Positions 27,953 to 34,200 of a stretch of DNA of 34,200 bases are shown here, one piece after another (within the stretch, counting starts at the first letter, position 1; the number at the start of each line of letters is the position of its first letter). The DNA comes from Candidatus Sigynarchaeum calidifontis (GTDB taxonomy: Archaea; Asgardarchaeota; Lokiarchaeia; Sigyniarchaeales; Sigyniarchaeaceae). Made by a program: the position numbers and the translations under genes. The notes beneath the pieces are model-generated. The model was not told the DNA's origin. It saw only the letters and a program-made list of their open reading frames with translations, and ran no database searches. Where the stretch lies: NCBI GenBank assembly GCA_030587475.2, contig JAUQYZ020000204.1, positions 1 through 34,200 on the forward strand. Direction: 5' to 3'.

Positions 27953-30900
27953 ATGGAATCAAGAACTGGCTGGTGGACGAAATATGGTTGGGATAAGCCA
28001 CGAATCAAGATAGAATTTTTACCCGCTTTGATGAATATCCCATTTATAACCATCATCCTCTACGTGCTGCTCGACAATCGTTCCTACTGGGGCATGTTCA
28101 ACGGCATCCTCGCAGGCGTGTTTCACCTCGGTAATTTGCCCTACTCGCAGATCCTCGTCGGTATGGCCATCGGCTTCGGCATATACACGGCTGCATACGG
28201 CATACCCGGTATTATCAAGCTCCGGATTCTGCATATCCCTGCCCTCAACGTCCAGCCGACGATCATGCTCGGCGTCATGGTGGTTCTCGTCGCGATCCTG
28301 TTGAACGTCAACGTGCGCGTGAACCTGGACTACTTGTTTTTCATGCTCGGTCCAGGTCCAGGCTTCGCAGTGTACGTGGGCGCGAGTCTCGGTATCTTCG
28401 TGCTGGTGATATTGCTCGTCGTAGGGGTTAAACAACTGCTCTCGCTCAAGCCCGACAGGTGGGGGTTGATCGAGGGCAAGAAGTTGCACCCGCGCGTCGC
28501 GGCCACGACGACCTTGATCTCCGCGGCCCTCGGCTTTTCGCTGATCCTCGCGATCGGCTTCTATTACCCAGTCACCACGATCTACTGGAACAACGTGATC
28601 GGAGTGCACACGCGATACGTGGACTGGAGCAGTCCTGCCATCATCATCTTGTTCGTGTTGGCCTTCGTATCCCTCGGAGCTGGCATGCTCTTCTTGATGC
28701 GAAGGATACTCCCGGAGCGCGCAAGGGTTTTCACGTCTCGTGATAATCTTCGCATCTGCATAGCAATCCTTGCAGCTGGCCAGATAGCAATGATGGTATG
28801 GTTCAGCGTGCAGTTCGAGCAGAGCACGGCGCCAGCACTGACGGGGCTGTGGATCTATCCCGCGACCACGCTTGCCCTCGTGGCGGGCGGTGGGCTCATT
28901 CCCTTGCTCGCGGCCTTGCAACGATGCCCCCCTGATACCAACGATCTCACTGCCCGTGTGCAGAACCTGGTGCAATCCCCTACGCTGCGAAAGCTTATCA
29001 AGGTGGTCGCGGTCTGTGCCGTGGTGTTCGTCCCGTTCTGGTTCGTTTTTTACCAACCTCTCGCCACCGGGCCGCCCCTCGTGGACGTTCCGTTCCAGGC
29101 CCGGCTGGTCAAGATCAATGGCGTCGACGTGCCATTCGTTGGCGAAATGGTTTACCCTGGTTTCGAGACGCAATCTAACATCACGCGTGAATACTTGAAC
29201 ATGAGCGGCGCATGGCGCATGCTCCGGCTAGGCGTGTCGAGCGTGCACACGCTGTCCCCGAGAACCCCGTCCTTCATCGAGAAGCTCACGGAAGGCCAGC
29301 ACGAGATCAATTATGACGATTCCGGGTGGGAGACCACGAACCTGCCTTCGCCTGTGTCGCAGTACGAGGACGCCGTGAAGACGTGGGGCGTGGTCTGGTA
29401 CCGCAAGACCGTCACGATCCCGTCATCTTTCGCTAACAAGACCATCTTGTTTAAATTACTCGGGGTAAACTATTTCTGCGACGTGTGGATCGACGGCGCG
29501 TATGTCGGGTACCACGAGGGCGGGTTCACGTCGTTTGCCTTCGATGTATCGGCATGGCTGGATCCAGGCGAGCATCTCTTTGCCATACGTGTCGACAATC
29601 CGGAATGGGACAAGAAAGACGTGTTTTTCTACACGATTCAGCCGAACGGTGCCGATTTCTTCAACTACGGCGGCATCGTGCGGGAGCTCTACCTCGAGGC
29701 ATCGCCCCGCGCGTCCATCTCGCGGGTCGACGTTCGACAGACCGGCTTTACCACGACCAACTTCATTAACGGCTCTGTCACGGCGGAGATCGATGTCTCG
29801 TGGAAGTGCTTGGCAGTGCCCGGGAGCACCGGGGTGCTGAACATCACCGTGTACCCGCTGGTTTTTGCCAACGAGACAGCGCTCAAGTCCCGTGAAACGC
29901 TGCGATTCGCGAACACGAGCGCCCCAGTGTTCACGATATCGTATCCCGTGTCCTTGTCCGGCGCGGCGGGGACGAATTACCAGGCGCTCAGGTGCAGCGC
30001 GACGATGTCCCAGGTCGCGTTCTGGTCGACCAAGCGGCCGGCCCTCTACGCGGTCGTGGCCAATCTCACCGCGGCGGGCTCCAGCGATGTATTCTGCACG
30101 CAAACAGGATTCCGAAATTTCACGACCGATGGCGTGGAGCTCCGGCTAAACGGCGCGCCGCTCAAGCTGGCAGGCGTCTCGGTCCACGAGCAATACCCGG
30201 CACCCACTGGCCGCAGCCTCACGGACGAGCAGCGTTTCTGGGACTTGATATGCATCAACGCCACCCGGTCGAACTGGTGGCGTGGCTCCTACCCGTTCCA
30301 TCCCATGATGTACATTTATTCCGACCGGCTCGGCATCGCGACGTGGGAGGAATCCCAGATCTTCTGGTGCAACGAGCCGGACATCATCGCCGCGATCTCG
30401 CGGGGCTTGACCGCGTCCATGTGGATCGAGATGCTCTACCGGGACTTCAACCGGCCGAGCATCCTCATGTGGAGCGCGGGGAACGAGCCATGGGCGTACG
30501 AGGCGTTCTTGTCCTACTTGCAGCAGACCAAGGCATTTCTCGATGCCCACGACCCGAACCGGATCCTTGCCTTCGCGTGCGTGAGTTCCCAGGACTGGAC
30601 GAGGTTCTTCCGCGAGACCCCGCTTCGCATCGTGACGCCAAACTGCTACGGCGGGACGTTTGAAGGCGTCCCAGGCGCGTGGTACGACGAGATCACGGCG
30701 AATCTCCAGCGTTACGGCAACAACAACCCTGGAAAACCCATCGTGAACATGGAATGGGGTTACTGGCGGGACGCGGGCGGCAACCAGTCCCGGTGCTTCC
30801 TGGAGGGCGTACGTGCATTCACGGAGAACCCGCGGGTGCAAGGATTCACGTGGTGGCTTGCCTTCGATTATTACGGCCCGAATTACCACAACTCGATGGG

Positions 30901-30991
30901 CGTGTACAACATGGCCCGAACCTGGTACGAACCTGCCACGTTCAGCGCGATGGTGGCGAATTACACGGCGTTTACCGCGGCTAACCTTTAA
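27953..30991 (+). CDS. GH2 glycoside hydrolase (beta-glucuronidase/galactosidase-like) fused to a roughly 10-TM N-terminal domain
   Basis: Motifs GVVWYRK, VGYHEGGFTSF, DFFNYGGIVR, TGFR, WSAGNE (acid/base) and NMEWG (nucleophile). The first ~370 aa are polytopic. ATG at 27953 is preferred. Confidence 0.93.
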   Translation: MESRTGWWTKYGWDKPRIKIEFLPALMNIPFITIILYVLLDNRSYWGMFNGILAGVFHLGNLPYSQILVGMAIGFGIYTAAYGIPGIIKLRILHIPALNVQPTIMLGVMVVLVAILLNVNVRVNLDYLFFMLGPGPGFAVYVGASLGIFVLVILLVVGVKQLLSLKPDRWGLIEGKKLHPRVAATTTLISAALGFSLILAIGFYYPVTTIYWNNVIGVHTRYVDWSSPAIIILFVLAFVSLGAGMLFLMRRILPERARVFTSRDNLRICIAILAAGQIAMMVWFSVQFEQSTAPALTGLWIYPATTLALVAGGGLIPLLAALQRCPPDTNDLTARVQNLVQSPTLRKLIKVVAVCAVVFVPFWFVFYQPLATGPPLVDVPFQARLVKINGVDVPFVGEMVYPGFETQSNITREYLNMSGAWRMLRLGVSSVHTLSPRTPSFIEKLTEGQHEINYDDSGWETTNLPSPVSQYEDAVKTWGVVWYRKTVTIPSSFANKTILFKLLGVNYFCDVWIDGAYVGYHEGGFTSFAFDVSAWLDPGEHLFAIRVDNPEWDKKDVFFYTIQPNGADFFNYGGIVRELYLEASPRASISRVDVRQTGFTTTNFINGSVTAEIDVSWKCLAVPGSTGVLNITVYPLVFANETALKSRETLRFANTSAPVFTISYPVSLSGAAGTNYQALRCSATMSQVAFWSTKRPALYAVVANLTAAGSSDVFCTQTGFRNFTTDGVELRLNGAPLKLAGVSVHEQYPAPTGRSLTDEQRFWDLICINATRSNWWRGSYPFHPMMYIYSDRLGIATWEESQIFWCNEPDIIAAISRGLTASMWIEMLYRDFNRPSILMWSAGNEPWAYEAFLSYLQQTKAFLDAHDPNRILAFACVSSQDWTRFFRETPLRIVTPNCYGGTFEGVPGAWYDEITANLQRYGNNNPGKPIVNMEWGYWRDAGGNQSRCFLEGVRAFTENPRVQGFTWWLAFDYYGPNYHNSMGVYNMARTWYEPATFSAMVANYTAFTAANL

Positions 30992-31020
30992 TTTTTTACA
31001 ACATTCCGCGTGATCCCGCA

Positions 31021-31665
31021 ATGGCATCATCGAATCTCCTTGCAGTAATCCGGTACCGTCGCAGCGTTCGTGAATATGATCCGCGCCCGGTGGAAGCATG
31101 GAAGATGCGGGCGATCCTGGAAGCAGCCCGCCTCGCCCCATCATCCACCAACAGCCAGCCATGGCGGATCATCGTCGTTACCGATCCAGGCCTCAAGGAC
31201 GAGATGGCAAGGGCGACGCCGGCCGGAATTAACCAACACCCGTGGATGAGCGCCGCGCACGCGATCCTTGTCTTGTGCTCGGCCAAGTCTGGAGTGCAAA
31301 AGATTGCCCAATTCCTCGGCAAGAACTATGCCCTGGTGGATATGGGTATCGTTGGCGAGCACATCGTCCTAGTCGCAGCGGAGCTTGGCCTCGGGACTTG
31401 TTGGGTGGGCTGGTTCAACAAGACCAAGATAAGGCGACTTTTGGGCATCCCGAGCTCATGGGAACTAGTTTGTCTTATCCCTGTCGGGTATCCAAAGGGA
31501 GAGAGCATCGCTTTAGAAGATATAGTACGCATGTATCAAAAAATGGAACCATTGCAGCAAGAAGGCGAGCCCGGCATCGGCATGATCGCGGCAAACACGC
31601 GACGCCCGCTCGCCGAGACCGTTTTTTTCAACAAGATGGAAAGACTGAAGACAGGCATCCTTTAA
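31021..31665 (+). CDS. Nitroreductase family flavoprotein
   Basis: Motifs RRSVREY, APSSTNSQPW, ELGLGTCWVG and IPVGYP. Confidence 0.95.
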   Translation: MASSNLLAVIRYRRSVREYDPRPVEAWKMRAILEAARLAPSSTNSQPWRIIVVTDPGLKDEMARATPAGINQHPWMSAAHAILVLCSAKSGVQKIAQFLGKNYALVDMGIVGEHIVLVAAELGLGTCWVGWFNKTKIRRLLGIPSSWELVCLIPVGYPKGESIALEDIVRMYQKMEPLQQEGEPGIGMIAANTRRPLAETVFFNKMERLKTGIL

Positions 31666-31756
31666 TTGCTTCAATACCTACCTTTCTTCCGAAATCGCAA
31701 AGATCGATTTTGACGGCCTGGAAGGGAGAATGCACGACTTATCAACCCCCTATTTG

Positions 31757-31981
31757 CTATTTTAAACGTCGGAAATGGAGCAGATACTTGTTTGACTCGA
31801 TTTGTTCGCTGGTGAAAGTGAATGGAGGTTTTTTCAGCGATTTCGGCACATTTTGGAGTTGTTCCCTCGTGGAACATAACTTCACGCTTGCTCCTGCTGG
31901 TAAGGACTGGGCCAACAATTTAAGTTGTATCATGAAATCGGTGCACGTTAAAGACGTTAGGTCTTTTATATCATCATCCAT
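31757..31981 (-). CDS. Divergent TusA/SirA-like sulfur carrier
   Basis: 74 aa. DLTSLTCTDFMIQLK...LPAGASVKL...QNVP...KYLLHFRR fits the TusA fold pattern. The Cys is retained but CPxP is altered to CTDF. Confidence 0.75.
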   Translation of the reverse strand: MDDDIKDLTSLTCTDFMIQLKLLAQSLPAGASVKLCSTREQLQNVPKSLKKPPFTFTSEQIESNKYLLHFRRLK

Positions 31982-32034
31982 GGTCCATCAAGGTTTAAAT
32001 ATTTCTCGCTCCTTTTGAAAGAGATTCTCTATAA

Positions 32035-33189
32035 TCAGAATAAAAAACTTCTCGTGATGCACGCGTGTTCCCCCCCCTTGACGAGCAGTTTTCCTAGCCG
32101 CTCCGGGGATAATTCAATCACGTTGTCCAGCGATGGCATCAGACCGATCCTTCGTTCTACCATTGATGGCTTGTAAACATAGCTATGTATAAGGGCCTCA
32201 TCGCGAATCGAGCGAAGTATTCCTGGAATGTCATATAATTGATCTTCGAGCCCATTTCGAAAATTAACCGAGACACAAAAAGAGCCATCTTCTATAAAGA
32301 TCAAGTTCGTCGGAATATCATAATTCATCGCCGCGGCCATCGCCATGGAGACTGCTCCATACGCGTGTTCTGTTCCATACGGTGAATGGGTAACGATCAC
32401 GTTAAATGCGGGCAAGGATGTAGAATCGTTGCTATCATGTCTTGAAAGGGCACACCCCGTGCTAAGGATTCCCCATGGATTCTGAAATTGTTTTATAATT
32501 TCGTTTAAATTAACAAAATCTACCTCTGGGATGGCATGGATCGATTTAGTGATACCATCATCAAAGGGCTGTGATGCATAGCCTCGTGCTGTCCCGCAGC
32601 GAGCGCAAGCGAAAATGCACGGTTTGGATGTATCCGTCGACGCGGTTTGCGCTAGCTGGTGGATCGCATCCCCGATATTTATGAACGTGGTTGGTTTCTG
32701 GTGAACATGGGCAGCATGAACGCCGTCTAAATAGAGGAACAGATCAGGGATAAACCCCGCATCACGGGCATGGGTCAAGGCATTGATCGCGTGCACAGAC
32801 GCACGATTTTGATAGGGACCATCAAGAAGCATAAATCCGAACCGTGGTTTGCCCGGAATCACCTTGCGTGGATCCGGTGAAAAAGATCTAATAACGGTCG
32901 TCCAAAACTCGTTTGATGTTAATTTTAAATATTGGATATCATTTAGCATCTGAAGCCCGTGAACGACAGCATTTAGTTCATTTGCTCTATTCTCATCGAC
33001 GACTATATTGGTCTTATCAGATTTTAATTCTGCGATGACATCGATAAGGCGTTTATCATGACTACAAGCCAGGCCAGCATCTCCTGTTAGGAATATCGTG
33101 GCATCGACTCGTGCATCAAGTGCCGATAGCATCCAAGAAAGCCTTTCCTTGGTTAAAAGGTTTGAAAAAAAGAAATATAACGAGCTCAT
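32035..33189 (-). CDS. Triple DsrE-fold fusion protein (TusB/DsrH-like + TusD/DsrE-like + TusC/DsrF-like)
   Basis: Domain 1: ATIFLTGDAGL. Domain 2: GFMLLDGPY...LFLYLDGVH...ACARCGTARG. Domain 3: VIVTHSPYGTEHAYGA...LIFIEDG...PSMVERRI. Confidence 0.82.
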   Translation of the reverse strand: MSSLYFFFSNLLTKERLSWMLSALDARVDATIFLTGDAGLACSHDKRLIDVIAELKSDKTNIVVDENRANELNAVVHGLQMLNDIQYLKLTSNEFWTTVIRSFSPDPRKVIPGKPRFGFMLLDGPYQNRASVHAINALTHARDAGFIPDLFLYLDGVHAAHVHQKPTTFINIGDAIHQLAQTASTDTSKPCIFACARCGTARGYASQPFDDGITKSIHAIPEVDFVNLNEIIKQFQNPWGILSTGCALSRHDSNDSTSLPAFNVIVTHSPYGTEHAYGAVSMAMAAAMNYDIPTNLIFIEDGSFCVSVNFRNGLEDQLYDIPGILRSIRDEALIHSYVYKPSMVERRIGLMPSLDNVIELSPERLGKLLVKGGEHACITRSFLF

Positions 33190-33203
33190 CTGCCATCAAG
33201 GCT

Positions 33204-33431
33204 TTATTTTTTTACTATGGTGAATCTCCAGACGCCGGGTTCCACCAGTTCCCTTTCGTATTTATGACCTTCGCCTTTCAAGAACGCGGGGATGTTTTCC
33301 GTCGCAGCGGGTGGGTGGTCGCATTTAACGATGAGCTTGTCACCCGACTGGAGTTTTTGCAATTCCTTGCGCACGAAGAGGACGCAATACGGGCACACTT
33401 CTCCAGTTATGTCGAGGTTTTTTTCTGTCAT
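33204..33431 (-). CDS. TusA/YedF-family sulfurtransferase with a CPYC motif
   Basis: NLDITGEVCPYCVLFVRKELQKLQSGDKLIVKCDHPPAATENIP...WRFTIVK is a TusA-family sequence. Confidence 0.92.
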   Translation of the reverse strand: MTEKNLDITGEVCPYCVLFVRKELQKLQSGDKLIVKCDHPPAATENIPAFLKGEGHKYERELVEPGVWRFTIVKK

Positions 33432-33441
33432 TGTGAATCCC

Positions 33442-33969
33442 TCACCACAAGAAGATCGTGTTGAGCCACGTTTTCACGACAACCAAGATGAATGCATGGT
33501 AGATAATCGCTCCCACGCACAACCCGAGGAAGAAAAACAGCGACTTCAAGTTACCCTCGCTGCCCATGACACATTGCCGGAGGGGGCAACCGCCGAGCAG
33601 CACCCCGATGAAACCCATGCCGAATCCTCCGATAATCGCGAGGAATATCCACGCGCCGAGTTTAACGCCTGGTATCGAGCCCGGGATCGGCGTGAATGGG
33701 TTCGTTGTCTGCGAAGCAGCCCAATAGAACTTGGGGAATGCGGGCGAGAGTATCATCGAGAAGAACCAGTAACTGAGGAGCGCCGAGGCGATCAATGCCA
33801 TGTATCCGAAGAAAAGCCTCGTTTGCTTGAAAAGAAATAGATCCCGGAACCCACCTATCGAACAAAAGCCCGAACGCTGTGCCAGGTATCCGACCAGAAA
33901 GCCGAGCCCCAACGTGGCAAACGGAATTATCCACAGGGCAATATCCGCCGTTAATATACCTGTTGCCAT
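33442..33969 (-). CDS. YeeE/YedE-family sulfur/selenium transporter, C-terminal half
   Basis: Motifs GFLVGYLAQRSGFCSIGGFRDLFLF and LLGGCPLRQCVMGSEGN. Confidence 0.9.
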   Translation of the reverse strand: MATGILTADIALWIIPFATLGLGFLVGYLAQRSGFCSIGGFRDLFLFKQTRLFFGYMALIASALLSYWFFSMILSPAFPKFYWAASQTTNPFTPIPGSIPGVKLGAWIFLAIIGGFGMGFIGVLLGGCPLRQCVMGSEGNLKSLFFFLGLCVGAIIYHAFILVVVKTWLNTIFLW

Positions 33970-33970
33970 T

Positions 33971-34200
33971 TCACACCGACCTCCTTTTCATGCGGGCCAT
34001 GATGACTCCCAATCCCGCGACCACGCCGCCAACAATAGACAGGATTCCGATCAGCGCTGTAAGGTCGCCGTACCCGAATCTCAAGGCAGCCCGGTACGGG
34101 CAACCGCCGAGAAACAAGGCAAAAATGATCACGGCAACGCCACCCCCGAAATACAACAAGTATACCCCGATCGAGCTCTTCTTGATCTTGAATTCCTTGT
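33971..34200 (-). CDS. YeeE/YedE-family transporter, N-terminal half (5' end outside the window)
   Basis: The frame is open to the window edge: KEFKIKKSSIGVYLLYFGGGVAVIIFALFLGGCPYRAALRFGYGDLTALIG. It stops 1 nt before the next ATG. Confidence 0.85.
   Translation of the reverse strand, partial: KEFKIKKSSIGVYLLYFGGGVAVIIFALFLGGCPYRAALRFGYGDLTALIGILSIVGGVVAGLGVIMARMKRRSV

Noticed and set aside
31757-34200. Selenocysteine (UGA) read-through in the sulfur/selenium operon
   Set aside because: The TGA stops at 33971, 33442 and 32035 fall at natural protein ends and are not in frame with the next genes. All catalytic positions are encoded as Cys.

Overview
Gene-dense prokaryotic chromosomal window, mostly GC-rich with AT-richer patches (about 9.4-10.4 kb and 31.7-33.2 kb, judged by eye). 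It is most likely archaeal and plausibly Asgard (Lokiarchaeia-like). This is an inference from TATA-like promoters, GGTGA Shine-Dalgarno sites, an insert-bearing HisG, a PCI/winged-helix-like protein and a stand-alone 7TM protein. In order, the window holds: a minus-strand membrane/metallophosphoesterase cluster; an unusual tRNA-His(GUG) with A73 and no encoded G-1; a family III CoA-transferase preceded by an uncalled small ORF ending in CCK; hisG-hisD-hisH; an Mrr-like protein; a 2x34-bp palindromic tandem repeat; and an AbrB-VapC toxin-antitoxin pair. Then come three membrane-anchored glycan-active enzymes (GH20, a heparinase II/III-like protein, a multi-TM GH2), acyl-CoA/redox enzymes (FadD-like ligase, crotonase, extended SDR, two aldo/keto reductases, nitroreductase), a degenerate UbiA-like protein, an AAA+ ATPase and a split DUF4140/DUF4139 pair. 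The right end carries the most system-like locus, a sulfur/selenium relay operon. It has a YedE-type transporter split into two genes, a TusA with CPYC, a single-chain TusB-TusD-TusC (DsrH-E-F)-like fusion and a second divergent TusA. No rRNA, transposase, integrase or CRISPR array was seen. All family calls come from motif recognition by eye, not database searches.
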